Shown piece after piece: positions 1 to 17,515 of a DNA stretch of 64,000 nucleotides. Under the pieces are notes generated by a model. The model was not told the DNA's origin. It saw only the letters and a program-made list of their open reading frames with translations, and ran no database searches. The position numbers and the translations under genes were made by a program. The first letter of the stretch is position 1. Each line of letters begins with the position of its first letter. Source of the DNA: Octopus sinensis (taxonomy: Eukaryota); assembly GCF_006345805.1 (NCBI RefSeq), contig NC_042999.1, positions 74,152,001 through 74,216,000 on the forward strand, read 5' to 3'.

Positions 1-4692
<4,692 letters not shown>

Positions 4693-4699
4693 TAGACAA

Positions 4700-5560
4700 A
4701 AAGAGATAACAAAGCCAAGGCTGTGAGGAGTTTTCAGGACATTTATAAGGAAAGAGATATAGATATAATCTTACCGCTGTTTCTGGGATATTACGGATAT
4801 CCCTTCATCAGAGACAATGTGAGATGGTTAAATAGAGGTAAATGTTTGAGTTCGAAATAAGGAATTATTGTTGAAAAGGAGGAGATAGGGAATATAGAGG
4901 GAAATAAGAGAATGAAAGTAGAAATAAAATATAAAACATTGTAGTTTCAGTTCCATTATTCGAGTAAAGTGGTGTGTAGAAATGGTAAAAATGTTCCCTG
5001 TACATGGTATGTAAGTTCCAATAGTAGTTCATGTTTAGTCATTTCTAAGTATGGAGCTGTGGATTCTGTGTTGCTCATTTGAAGTTGTTTTGTGGTGTGA
5101 ATGAAAATTTGAGAATGTATTGGTAGTATTTGTAGATAGATGGGAGTGGGGAGATGTGTATGATTAGAATGAGGAGATAGGTTAGAATGAAGACAGGAAG
5201 AGAAAATGAGAGGAGGAAAGAGAGAAAAAAGGACAAAAAATAATATAAAGAGAGAGAAAAGAAGAGAGAGAAGAAAAAGTGAAAAGAGTGAAAAAAAGAA
5301 AAAAACAAAAGAAAAGAGAAATGTGAAGAAAGGGTGATAGAAGTAAGAAAAGGAGTGGTAGTTGGTGGTCAAGATAATGTGAGGGGAGGATGGAAGAGGA
5401 GTGGGGGAGATGTGGAAAGAAGAGATGAGAAGGGAGGGAGTGAATAAGTGCGAGATATGTGAGTAAGGGTGATATGACAGGGCTGTATTAAGGGATGGGT
5501 AGAGAAAAGGTATGGGTAGGGAGATACCAAAGTGAGTAGTAGTTTTAGTAGTAAAATTTA
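4700..5560 (-). mobile_element. Probable Penelope-like pseudo-LTR remnant (CT-rich, carries the HHR at 4768-4815)
   Basis: Strong strand asymmetry, short ORF start (MSNTESTAPY...), terminal hammerhead. Classification is inferred. Confidence 0.4.
4768..4815 (-). ncRNA. Minimal type-I hammerhead motif of a second family (Penelope-type)
   Basis: Reverse complement reads GUCU-CUGAUGA-A-GGGAUAU/AUAUCCC-A-GAAAC-AGCG-GUA-AGAU, so stems I, II and III can all be drawn. Confidence 0.55.
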
Positions 5561-6044
5561 AAGTGGAGGGAGGAATACAAGGATGTCAAATTTCTATAAA
5601 TAGATGTATGTGATAGGTTAGTGTGATAGGTGGAAGTCAGAGAGGAGGAAAGAAGGTATAATGACATACATACACATGCACACACGTACATACACATGTG
5701 CGCATATGCATACATACATATACACACACACATATATATACATATACATACATATGCATATACATACACGTGCATGCTCATATGCATCCACAAATGTATT
5801 CATACATGCATATGCATATGCATACATATACATATACATGCATATGCATACATATGTGCAGGCACATGCGTGCTTACACATAGTTACATGCATGTGCACA
5901 TACAGGTACTTATGTATACATATATACACATACACACACTCACTCATGTATATTTGTACATACATATGCATGTACATACACACACACACACATATATATG
6001 TACATACATATACCCACATATACATACAAACATACATACATACA

Positions 6045-6078
<34 letters not shown>

Positions 6079-6294
6079 CATACATACATAAAAAACTCAC
6101 ACACACATTTACACACACACGTGTATCTACTTATATGTCCATACATGTAGTATTAAATGAATGAGATCCTTAAAATAAGATAGGGGAGTTAAAAAATTAA
6201 AGATTAAAAATTAAAATGGAACCAGTTCTCATATGCTACTCATATCTGCACTCAGTCTGCTTAGGAGGTTGTTGTGTTTTAGCATATGTGCTGC

Positions 6295-6655
6295 TTCTTT
6301 TAGTTTTCGTAGCAAACTCACCACACACCCCTTCAGGTAGGTGGCCCTGCTCGATCTGTAGAAAAGGTGTAGGTAGAAACTCCATAAGATGTACCCAGTG
6401 TAAGCTATGGACACATAAGAGTTGCCGCAATATCAAAGGAAAATTAATTGAGAAGATAGCTTTCGTGTGTGGCGGATGCACAGGGCAATAGACACCATTA
6501 ATACTCAGAAAACAGATTCTATTACACTCCTTGGGGAGAAACTAGAAGTAGTTGATAGCTTCTGCTACCTCGGTGACCAAGTCAGTAGCAGGGGTGGATA
6601 TTCAGAGAGTGTTACCACTAGAATAAGAATAGCCTTGGCAAAGTTTAGAAAGCCT
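6295..6655 (+). mobile_element. RTE fragment (PHD-like finger region)
   Basis: WPCSICRKGVGRNSIRCTQCKLWTHKSC...LEVVDSFCYLGD. Confidence 0.85.
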
Positions 6656-7062
6656 ATTTGCATCTATTTTTCTGTCAGTTTGAATAGTGAAGTTTCAGAG
6701 GAGTGGGATGTGATCATTTTTAAGCACTGGAGGTGGTTTGTGTTCCCACCAGTTTTTATCATTGGGCAGGTCATAGTTTTTGCAAATTACCCAGTGAATA
6801 TATCGTGCTGCTCTATGATGCCTGTTGAGATACTCTGTAGGTGCAAGAAGACTGCTCATGGAGACAACATGATCAATGGTTTCATTTTGTTGTTGACATA
6901 CATGACATGTTTGTATATTGCTGTTCTTTAATATATTGACCTGATAGTTCCTTGTAGGTATGCATTGATCTTAGATGCTATGATAAACCCTTCTGCTTCT
7001 GATTTTAAGCCAGAAGACACTAACCATTGATGGGTAAGGGCTTTGTCAACATCAGCACTATT
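6655..7062 (-). mobile_element. R4/Dong-like RLE LINE fragment
   Basis: Minus frame DKALTHQWLVSSGLKSEAEGFIIA...TIQTDRKIDAN; abuts (TAT/AAT)n at 7070-7130. Confidence 0.7.
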
Positions 7063-7837
7063 AGCTCTCTATTATTATTATTGTTGTTGTTGTTGTTGTT
7101 GTTAATAATAATAACAATAATAATAATAATACCAAAGTAATACACATACATTTTAATAAGCATTTTTATTGTATAAACATTTATGAAATGAGAAGGGATC
7201 CTGAAATACTTGTGGCCTTATATATGTATGTATATATTAATGTGTGTGCGCGTGTGTATCGTTAATGAGCATATAAATCTCTGAACAAGAAATATGCAAT
7301 TTATGAACACATTATAAAGAACTCAGTGAAAAATACAAGAAATATTGTCCTGATCAGAATACTGATATAGTAAGTCTCTATCATTTAGTACACTAAAATA
7401 AAAAAAACACATGACACATATTAAGATGCTTACTATAGGCATTAAATTATCAGGCCTGAGACATGTACATCTGAAATGAAATATGCTCTCTGAGCCAAAT
7501 TATGTGACTCTTCTTACAGTGGTATTACACTAAGTACAAAAAAGGATATTTTAAATTATTTTAGTTATTTTTTTTTAGGGACAAATGTTATTTAGAAAAC
7601 TGATTGCTGCTAAATATGGGTGTGCTAAAACTTTGATGGCTACAATTGCATAATTTGGCTCTATTTGTATGTTTTTTGTTAAGGATGTTCAGGCATTAGG
7701 CAGATAATTTAATACCTAGCAATAAATATTTCAGTATATATAATAAAGGTCTTATTTTTGTGTACTCAATTGGAAGTATGAAATACTTAATATATAAAAT
7801 CTGTGGCTGAAACAATATTTTATAGCTTTTTCATTTG

Positions 7838-9897
7838 CCAGAAGGAAAGCTAGGAGACAGGATTATTTAGCCAGAGGGGAAGCAGAAAAGAAAAATTTGC
7901 CAATGTTCTGTGTTGTGAGGACCAAAGACTTGAGATGTTTTGTGTTGCAAGACAGTGTGTGAGAGAGAATCGTGATGTCATAGGAGAGAAATGTGTCCAC
8001 ATGGATGACAGCTCACTTGCATTTAATGAGGCTGCTAGGAGCGAGACTTAGAGACACCACTATGAAAGGTTCCTAAATGAAGAGAATGAATGGGAGAAAG
8101 AGAGTCTGCCGAATTTCAACCCAACAGAGGGACCAGCTATCTGGATTGACAGTACCTTGGTAGATAAAGCAATTAAGGGTATGAAAACAGGGAAATCCCC
8201 CAGCACATCAGGAATCATTGCAGAGATGCTTAAAATATCTGGTGGTGTCAGCTATAGTCTAGTCACCCATATAGTCAACCAGGTGATACATGAAGAAGTC
8301 ATACCCAATGACTGATGCAGCAGCACCATAGTCAATTGCTACAAAGATAAAGGTGATGCATTTAATACAGATAATTGCAGAGGTATCAAGTTGTTGGATC
8401 AGGTAACGAAAGTCATGGAGATGGTCATAACCCAACTAATTAGGGAGAGACTCAGTCTAGATGAGATGCAGTTTGGGTTTGTGCCAGGGAAAAGCACCAC
8501 TGATGCTATATTTCTGGTAGGAGAGCAGTAGGAGAAATACCTAGCCAAAGATAAACCACTGTACCTGGCTTTCGTTGATATGGAGAAAGCCTTTGACAGA
8601 GTCCTCGATCCCTTATCTAGTGTTTAATGAGGAAACTAGGGATAGATGAATGGTTATTGTGAACTGTACAAGCCATGTACAGGGATGTTGTCAGTAAGGT
8701 GAGGGCTGGCAATGAGTATAGTGAAGAATTCCGAGTAGGAGTAGGGGCCCACCAAGGATCAGTCTTCAACCCCGCCTTATTCATCATAGTCCTCCAGTCA
8801 ATAACAGAGGAATTCAAGACTGGATGCTCCTGGGAGTTTCTCTATGGTGATGTTCTTGCTATAATAGCTGAGTCACTATCAGAACTTGGGGAGAAATTTC
8901 AGGGGTGGAAGCAAAGACTAGAATTGAATGCCCTTAAAGTCAACTTAGCAAAAATCAAAGTCTTAATAAGTAGGATGGCAGACAAACTACAAATCCCTTC
9001 AGGTAGATGGCCCTGTTCAATCTGTAGAAAAGGCATGGGTAGAAACTCTATAAGATGTACCCAATGTAAACTATGTACTTATAAGAAGTGCAGCAATACC
9101 AAAGGAAGGTTGACTGGGAAGGTAGCTTTTGTGTGTGGCAAATGCTCAGGTGCTATAAGCACTGAAAATGTGCAGAAAACAGCTTCTGTCACATTCCAGG
9201 GAGAAAAACTACAAGTAGTTGATAGCTTCTGTTACCTAGGGGACCAAGTTAGTAGTAGGGGTGGATGCTCTGAAGGTGTAACTGCTAGAATAAGAATAGC
9301 CTGGGCAAAGTTCAAAGAGCTCCTATCTCTGCTGGTGACAAAGGGCCTCTCGCTCAGAGACGCACATGTACAAACAGCCATGCTAAATGATAGTAAAACA
9401 TAGGCCATGACTGCTGAGGACATGTGTAAGCTTTCAAGGAATGAAGCCAGTATGTTCTGCTGGATGTGTAATGTCAGCATGCATACTTGACAGAGTGTAA
9501 GTACCTTGAGAGAAAAGTTCGACCTAAGAAGCATCAGATGTGGTGTGCAAGAGAGATGACTGCACTGGTATGGTCATGTGTTGTGAATGGCTGAGGACAG
9601 CTTTGTGAAAAAGTGTCACACCCTAGCAATTGAGGGAACCTGCAGAAGAGGTAGACCCAGGATGACCTAGGATGAGGTGGTGAAGCATGACCTTAGAACA
9701 TTTGGCCTTACTGAGACCTTTGGAGATATGCTGTGCTTGAGAAGACCCAGCAAGCCAAGTGAAATCATAATTATGGCCTATGCCAGTGCTGCATAAACAG
9801 CCCATTTAAGAGTACCCTTCAATCATTGGGCAATAAACTGTGCTTGCAAAGACCTGTTGAGGCAAGTGAAATTGTTGTTGTGGCCAATGACAGTACT
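7838..9897 (+). mobile_element. Degenerate RTE LINE (RT, PHD-like finger, start of 3'UTR)
   Basis: QFGFVPGKSTTDAIF, DMEKAFDRV, HQGSV, YGDV (YADD), CSICRKGMGRNSIRCTQCKL; many stops. Confidence 0.9.
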
Positions 9898-9997
9898 NNN
9901 NNNNNNNNNNNNNNNNNNNNNNNNNNNNNNNNNNNNNNNNNNNNNNNNNNNNNNNNNNNNNNNNNNNNNNNNNNNNNNNNNNNNNNNNNNNNNNNNN
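9898..9997. other. Assembly gap (100 N)
   Basis: Run of N. Confidence 1.
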
Positions 9998-10027
9998 TGG
10001 CATATGTTCTGTATGTTGTCATGGCAC

Positions 10028-11873
10028 ACTTACAGAAAACCAATGAGGGTAAGTGAAATACTGAATGAGCAATTCAAGAGTTTTCACTCCACCCCTTGGG
10101 CATCTCCAAATCACCAATCCAACTGACTTTTTTACCACTGCAGATATAAAATCAGAGGCGGCGACGATAGATTACATCGATATAAAGGAAGACGATGTAA
10201 CCAAGGCTATAGATGAAATGAAAACAGACTCAGCTACTGGCCCCCGATGGATTCCCGGCAATCCTCCTAAAAGCAGTAAGAGAGTCCTAGCAAGACCACT
10301 GCAGTTCCTCTTTCAGAGCTTCCTTGCAGCTGGCAAACTTCCAGGAAAACTGAAGGAAGGTAAAATATGCCCCATTCATAAAGGAGGTAGCAGAGCGGAA
10401 GCCAAGAACTATAGACCTATCTCTCTGACCTCACACATCAGCAAGGTCATGGAACGAATAGTCAGAAGGAAGCTGATCACCTTCCTTGAAGAGAATGACT
10501 TGCTGCCCGACACCCAACATGGTTTCCGACCAGGGAGAAGCTGTTTAACTCAGCTCCTACAACACTATGACTGGGTGCTGAAACGGCTGCTCAACCACTC
10601 AAATGTGGAAGTCATATATCTCGACTTTGCAAAGGCCTTTGATAAAGTCGATCATGGAATGATATGTCACAAACTGCGTGATCTCAACATAGTTGGAAAA
10701 CTGGGAGAATGGCTTCATGACTTTCTGAAGGATAGACGTCAGGTGGTAGTAGCCAATGGGGCCACCTCCATTAACACACAAATAGTGAGCGGTGTTCCGC
10801 AGGGCACTGTTCTGGGACCACTACTGTTCATAATGGCCCTCTCAGACATGCCCTCAGCCATGCAGAGAGCCACGATCACAAGTTATGCAGATGATACAAA
10901 AGTTTCACAGGCAATACAGAACCCTGAGGACACTAAACACCTGCAATGTGAGCTGGACGAAATATACAAGTGGGCTGAAAGAATAGCATGCAGTTCAATG
11001 CTGGAAAGTTTCAAGCTTTATACTATCAGCATGCAAAACTGAATGCAATACCCAATGAATACACTGGACGCGGAGGGATTGCAATCCCAGAGGCACAATC
11101 AGTGCGTGACCTGGGTATTCACATGAGTGATGACGCGACCTTTCATGTACATGTTGCTAAACTGACAATGAAATGTAGACGGCTGGCTGGATGGATTCTT
11201 AGAACCTTTAGAACAAGAGAACAAAAAACCATGATGGTCCTCTGGAAGACACTTGTCCTAAGCCACTTTGACTATTGCTCTCAGCTATGGTCACCATCCA
11301 GTGTCAAGTTGATCACAGAACTTGAGGCGATCCAACGAAGCTACACAAAGAAGATAGCCTCTATGCAGAATGTAAGCTACTGGGAAAGACTCAAGAGATT
11401 AAAAATATTCTCTGGAGCGTAGGCGGGAAGATATGCCATAATATACATCTGGAAGATCCTGGAGGGAAGTGTCCTGAACTTTGGCATCGAGAGTTACGCA
11501 AATGCCAGAACTGGGCGCCACTGCGTGGTGCCTAGGACTCCAAACCTGCCATCAAGATGTAGGACAAGATTCTGTGATAGCCTGGGCTTCCGAGGCCCAC
11601 AGCTCTTCAATATCCTCCCGAAGAACCTGAGAGACCTGCATAGGGTGGATACAGATGTCTTTAAAATGAAGCTGGATCTCTTCCTGTCAGGTGTCCCAGA
11701 TGAACCACTTCACGGCAGGAGGGGCAGATGAGGGCAGCTGCATCGAACTCTCTCATGCACCAAATAGCAGTTGCTAGAAAGCCTCCATGAAGTGAAACCA
11801 AGTAGCAACACCAAATGGCGGTGCCCAGCATGGCACAGCTCATAAGCTGAAACTAGAATCAATCAATCAATCA

Positions 11874-11876
<3 letters not shown>
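10028..11876 (+). mobile_element. Family B-related LINE, RT and 3' end
   Basis: RT ORFs 10065-11042, 10988-11422 and 11525-11731 are similar to 40900-43443; (AATC)n tail. Confidence 0.9.
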
Positions 11877-11908
<32 letters not shown>

Positions 11909-12220
11909 TTATATATATATAATATATACTTATATATATATATATATATATACTTATATACTTGGCGTTAGGAAGGGCATCCAGCCGTAGAAACACTGCC
12001 AGATTTACTGGGCCTGATGAAGCCTTCTGGCTTCACAGACCCCAGTAGAACCGTCCAACCCATGCTAGCATGGAAAACGGACGCTAAATGATGATGATGA
12101 TGATGATGATATATATATATATATATATATATACTTATATATATATATATATATATATATATCATCATCATCATCATTCAGCGTCCGTTTTCCATGCTAG
12201 CATGGGTTGGACGGTTCTAC

Positions 12221-12296
<76 letters not shown>

Positions 12297-12546
12297 TTAT
12301 ACTTATATATATATATATACTTATACTTATATATATATATATATATAAACAATATATATAAACATATACTTACATACACACACAATCAAGCAGATCTCTG
12401 ACCAGTGGCTGGATATTAGTTTTAGCATGTAGTATTCACAAATAACTAAAGGAGAAAATATTCAGATTATTTAGAAAATATTTAGATACAGTGCTCCAGA
12501 GTGACTACAGTCAAATGGCTGAAACAAATAAAAGAAAAATACACAC

Positions 12547-12628
12547 CAGGTACAGGAGTCGGCAAGATCCTAACTGCTCGAACAGGGCCCTGACGGATCG
12601 ACATCACCTCCTGTGCTTCTCCTTTAGT
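12547..12628 (-). CDS. BCAS3: BCAS3 coding exon 5 (82 nt, TKGEAQEVMSIRQGPVRAVRILPTPVP)
   Basis: Pyrimidine tract + TAG acceptor, CTG|GTGTGT donor; matches recalled [24 protein letters not shown]. No next exon was found in 1-12546, so the gene probably continues past the left edge. Confidence 0.93.
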
Positions 12629-12724
12629 CTAGGAAGGATAAAGTGGGATAAAAAACCAATAATTAAATTAAAAAATGGAAAGAATTGTAATTTTCATGTA
12701 TCATTAACATTGTTACTAGACATC

Positions 12725-13125
12725 TAAATAGCTGACCTGTCCTGAAATTCCAGATTGAAAGAGACAGCGGTGACAGAGCTTTGGACATACCCTATAAATA
12801 AACTGACCTGCCACTTTTGTTATTCCACATTGAAGGAGACAGCTGTACCAGCACTTTGAATACAACTAATAAGCTGACCTGCCAACTTTTGTTATTCCAG
12901 GCTGAAGGAGATGGCTGTGCAAGCACTTTGAACAACCCCTACCAATAAATAAGCTGACCTGCCACCTTTTGTTATTCCAGACTGAAAGAGATGGCTGTGC
13001 AAGCACTTTAGACAACCCCTACCAATAAGCTGACCTGCCATCTTTTGTTATTCCAGAGTAAAAGAAACAGCTGTGACAGAGCTTTGAAAATATCCTACTA
13101 ATAAGCTAACCTGCCATCTTTTATC
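12725..13125. repeat. 71-80-bp tandem repeat, about 5.5 copies
   Basis: (G)CTGACCTG recurs at ~12731, 12803, 12873, 12953, 13029 and 13105. Confidence 0.85.
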
Positions 13126-13149
13126 ATTGTCCAGTTCTATATTTAAGAA

Positions 13150-13325
13150 CAATAATACTAATAATAATAATAACATAGAAAAATACCTTAGGAATGAGAA
13201 CCCAGGTTTGAAATTTAGCCAAGACACCTGATGAAGGCTGGAGAGTATATCAGCCGAAACATTACGTTAACAACAAAGAAGATGAGGACAAATATCCACC
13301 AAATGTAAATAATGTAAATAATGTT
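13150..13325 (+). mobile_element. Headless copy of the hammerhead element (HHR 13223-13268)
   Basis: CTGATGA 13228-13234, GGCTG/CAGCC stem, GAAAC 13256-13260; same body and tail as the 24.4-25.2 kb array; preceded by an inverted tail fragment (cagttctatatttaag). Confidence 0.75.
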
Positions 13326-13739
13326 TTATCATTCTCATTTGAAACTGCTGGAAAGGCATTTGGAACATACTCTACTCAACACTGCTTATCACAATTCCAT
13401 CGTGGTAACCAACTACTTGACTGAGATGGGCAACACAACTTTTCCTCACCATCCCTACAGCTCTTTCAAAGGCAAAAGAGGCTGTAACAAGACCCTGGAC
13501 CATTTTACATGCCAACCTTCATGGAGAGTCTGGGTACACTGCAGAGTGCATTTGAAATCAGATGACCTTGTTTTGAAGGAAATGGGGCAAGCCCAACTTT
13601 TCCTAACCCTCACTGCAGTCCAGACTTGGCTTACCATCCCTACAGTCGTCTCAAAGTTGAAAAATGCTCAGACAAGATCCTGGGCCCCTTAGCATCAGAG
13701 GAGTTTCATAGGAATTTTACGAAATGTCTGGGAATGCTA

Positions 13740-15990
13740 TAAAGTGCATTTGAATCAGAAGACCCTCTTTTGAAGAAGGGGGCTCTGATAAAGGTCCAAG
13801 CCTCCTTAACATTGCAGGTGTTTCATAGGCCCTTCATGAAGTGTCTAAGAGCGTTACAAAGCACATTTTAAGTCAGAAAACCCTTTTTAAAGGAGACCAG
13901 CCATGCTACATTGCAGTGGAACATGGGCCATGACTGCTGAGGACATGTGTAAGCTTGTAACGAATGAAGCTAGTATGCTCTGCTGGATGGTAATGTCAGT
14001 GTGCATACACGACAGAGTGTAAGCACCCTGAGAGAAAAGTTGGACTTAAGAAGCATCAGATGTGGTGTGCAAGAGAGATGACTGTACTGGTATGGTCTTG
14101 TGTTGCGTATGGATGAGGACAGCTGTGTGTAAAAGTGTTACACCCTAGCAGTAGAGGGAACCTGTGGAAGAGGAAGACCTAGGAAGACCTGGGATGAGGT
14201 GTTAAAGCACAACCTCCAAACGTTGGGCTTCACCGAGGCAATGACAAGTGACCGAGACCTTTGGAGATATGCGGTGCTTGAGAAGACATGGCAAGCCAAG
14301 TGAGACCATAACTATGGCCTATGCCAGTGCAGCATAACGAGCCCATTTCAGAGCACCCTTCAATTATTGGGCAATAAACTGCGCTTGCGAAGACCTGTTG
14401 AGGCAAGTGCAGTTGTCATAGCCAATGACAGTACTGCCTGATTGGCACCTGTGCCGGTAGCATGTGAAAAGAACCATTCGAGCATGATCATTGCCAGTGC
14501 CACTGGACTGGCTCCCATGCTGGTGGCACATAAAAAGCACCATTCAAGCATGGTCATTGCCAGTGTCTCCTGACTGGCCCTCATGTCAGTGGCATGTAAA
14601 GAGCACCCACAACACTCTCAGGGTGGTTGGCATTAGGAAGGGCATCCAGCTGTAGAAACTTTGGCAGATCAGATTGGAGCCTGGTGCAGCCATCTGGCTC
14701 GCTACCCCTCAGTTAAACTGTCCAACGCATGCCAGCATGGAAAGTGGACATTAAATGACAACGACGACAATGATGAGATTTGACAAGGCTCTAAAATACC
14801 TTAACATTGTAAGGGTTTCACAGGGCCTTCATAAAGTTTCACTAGAAAGCAGGTTTCAAGTCAGAAGACCCTCTTTTGAAGGAGATGGGCTCTGACGAAG
14901 GTCCTTGCACAAGAACAATACATTAGTACACATTTTGATTCGAGAACTGACCCTTGGCCTTCCTAGAGCCCAGATCTCACACCCTGTCAGCTTTTGTTGA
15001 TTTCCAAACTGAATGAGAAGAGCCAGGAGGCTGTGAGAAGAGCACTGTGTACGTTTAGTTTAGGAAATTTTCCCAGGCCCTTCACAAGTGCCTGGAGCAC
15101 TATCAGACATGTATTCAAACTGGAAAGCCTTTCTTCAAAGGACATAGAGTTTTGAGGAAGATCAGAAGATTTTTGTAACAGAAGACCACTACATTTGCAC
15201 AAGAACAATGCACTAGTGCACATTTTGATTCAAGTAAGCAACTTCTAAGCAGAGAGGGGCAACAAAACTGACCTTTGGTCTTCAGATTTCAAGCCAAAAG
15301 ACCCTCTTTTGAAGGAGATGGGCTCTGATGTGGGTCTTACATACCTTAACATTGTAGAGTTTTCATAGGGCCTTCATAAATTTTCTGTGAGCTCTACAAA
15401 GCAGATTTCAAGTCAGAAGACCCTCTTTTGAAAGAGATGGGCTCTGACGAGTGTCCTAAATAGTTTAACATTGTAGGGTTTTCATAGGGCATTCATGAAG
15501 TTTCTGCAAACACTACAAAGAACATTTGAAGACAGAAGTCCCCGTTTCAAAGGAGATGGGTTCTGACAAATTTTGTGCACACCTTCACTTTTGAGGGCTT
15601 CCCTAGGTTTTTCACTAAGTGGTTAGATCCCTACAAGTGTGTTTAAGCCAGAGGGGAGGTTTAGGAAAAGGTTTTCATCAGAAAAGGCCATAACATTTGC
15701 ACAAGAACAATGCACTAATGTACATTTTGATTCGAGTAAGCAACCTCTAAGCAGAGCGGGGCAATAGAACTGACCCTTGGCCTTCCCTGTTGTTTTCCAA
15801 ACTGAATGAGAAGAGCCAGGAGGCTGTGAGAAGGGCACTGTGCATGTTTAGTTTTGGGAGACTTTCCCTGGTCTTTCACAAGTGCCTGGAGCACTACCAG
15901 AAGTATATTCAAACTGAAAGGTCTTTCCTCAAAGGACAAAGAGCTTCAAGGAAGATCAGAAGACTTTTGTCAGAGAAGACCACAACATCA
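13740..15990. repeat. Complex local repeats (~120-bp and ~290-bp modules) split by an RTE insertion
   Basis: AAGTCAGAAGACCCTCTTTTGAAGGAGATGGGCTCTGA-like motif recurs about 6 times; ~290-bp block at ~14905-15200 recurs at ~15690-15985. Confidence 0.75.
13920..14772 (+). mobile_element. RTE 3' portion with repeat-bearing 3'UTR and (GAT/GAC)n tail
   Basis: Nucleotide match to other RTE copies (GRGRPRKTWDEV coding region; ccatgccagcatggaaa tail). Confidence 0.85.
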
Positions 15991-16244
15991 ATTTTTTATT
16001 ATCTGTAAAAGGCTAGACATAGATGCTCTTCAACAAATGCAAAACATAAAGACAATACAAAATGTGACTAAACAAACTCGGAGAACTAAAAATTAACAAA
16101 GAGTGGATGAGATTAGAAGAAAAAGTGAAAAGAAATGAATGATAGTATGAAAGAATGAAAAATGAGGCATAATGCCCACTCAATCCCCAAAGGTGAGTGG
16201 TTATATTTTCACTGTCTTTTCTCTTTTACTTTTTTTCAAATCTA

Positions 16245-16767
16245 CATACACAGACACCTTTAATTTTCAAAATTTCTGAGCTAAGCAGCTTAGTATGTTT
16301 TCAGCATTGAAGAATTTACAATGTAATTATTCTTTTTCATTTCAGGTGCCATTATATTAAACATTTGCGAAATGTAACCATGCAATGAACAAAAAATTCA
16401 GCAGAACTGTCAGATTTTCAAAGAGGTTGTATTGTTGAGCAATCTGAGGCTGGTTTTAGCCAGTGAATAATTGCCAAAAATCTTCAAATTCCTCTTGCTA
16501 CTGTTAATAGAATTATAGTCTCGTTCCAGCCAACCTGGGCCCTCAGAAAGAAAGCTTCACTGTTTGAAAAGAATTGTGGAAAATGAACCCCGTCTGAAGG
16601 CTTGAAGCATTGCAAAACAGCTAGAAGTTAGTCCAAGAACATGTGTTACATATCTGCATAAGGTTGGGTATCATGGACAAAAAGCTAGAAGAAAACCTCT
16701 CCTTCAACCAATTAATACTAAATAAAAGATTTTGAAAATTAAACGTGTCTATTTACTTCCTGCATGT
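16245..16767 (+). mobile_element. Tc1-derived non-autonomous element
   Basis: TIR GACACCTTTAATTTTCAAAAT; encodes only the transposase N-terminus. Confidence 0.8.
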
Positions 16768-16778
16768 CTGTGTAGTAT

Positions 16779-17125
16779 GCTTTGCTGGATGTGCAATGTC
16801 ATTGTGCATGTACAACAGAGTATAAGCATCTTGGGAGAAATGTTGGGCATAAGAGAATCAGATGTGTACAAGAGTCATGACCGTGCTGGAACGGTCCTGT
16901 GATGCATATGGACAAGGACAGCTGCATAAAGACGTGTTGGTTTCTAATTGTGGAGGGAACCTGTGAAAGACAAAGACTCAGGAAGACATGGGACAAGGTG
17001 GTGAAGCATGATTTTCAAATTTTGGGCCTCACAGAAGCAGGTGCAGCTCCCTGGCTTACCAATTTCCAGTCAAACCATCCAATCCATGCCAGCATGGAAA
17101 GCAGGCATTAAACAATAATGATGAA
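16779..17125 (+). mobile_element. Diverged RTE 3' fragment
   Basis: CIKTCWFLIVEGTCERQRLRKTWDKVVKHD plus the family tail. Confidence 0.75.
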
Positions 17126-17205
17126 ATGTCTCCTGAAAACCTCCAAACCTTCTGGAACGCATATTCGATGTATATTTAAAAACGGTGATAAAATGACAAA
17201 CTTAC

Positions 17206-17306
17206 AGTTAAATTCCAAACCTGGACACCATTTGTATATCCCAGAATGATAACAAGAGGTCCAACTTTTACATCGAGGTGAGCAAAATCTGGATTTCTGC
17301 TGAAAT
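17206..17306 (-). CDS. BCAS3: BCAS3 coding exon 4 (101 nt, (D)FSRNPDFAHLDVKVGPLVIILGYTNGVQVWNLT)
   Basis: TAG acceptor at 17307-17309, ACT|GTAAGT donor; WD40-type LGYTNGVQVW motif (recalled human IGYSDGMQVW); phase 1 in, phase 0 out. Confidence 0.93.
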
Positions 17307-17515
17307 CTATTAGAATAAATGGAAAAGCTATTAAAGTCTAATGTTATATAAAAGACAACATTTCCCTATCGGCACCCATCAAACCCCAATACTTATCAAT
17401 AAACTCATTGCTTAAATAGCCAGTAAATGTAGTAGTGTAGCATTACTGGATGTATCAATTTACATATTTAACACATTCCTGGAAGCTTAATGATTTATAG
17501 GTACACAGCATTTTG

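Noticed and set aside
7434-7470. Candidate BCAS3 exon 6 (AG...GTAAGC on minus)
   Set aside because: In-frame TAA in the required phase and no similarity to the expected KRPL-type motif.
12013-12045. CTGATGA hammerhead core (also at 610 and 15675)
   Set aside because: No stem II + GAAA follows; these are chance matches, the first a mutated RTE tail.
17296-17302. CAGCAG acceptors for exon 4
   Set aside because: Both shift the frame into a TAA; the upstream TAG keeps the BCAS3 frame.
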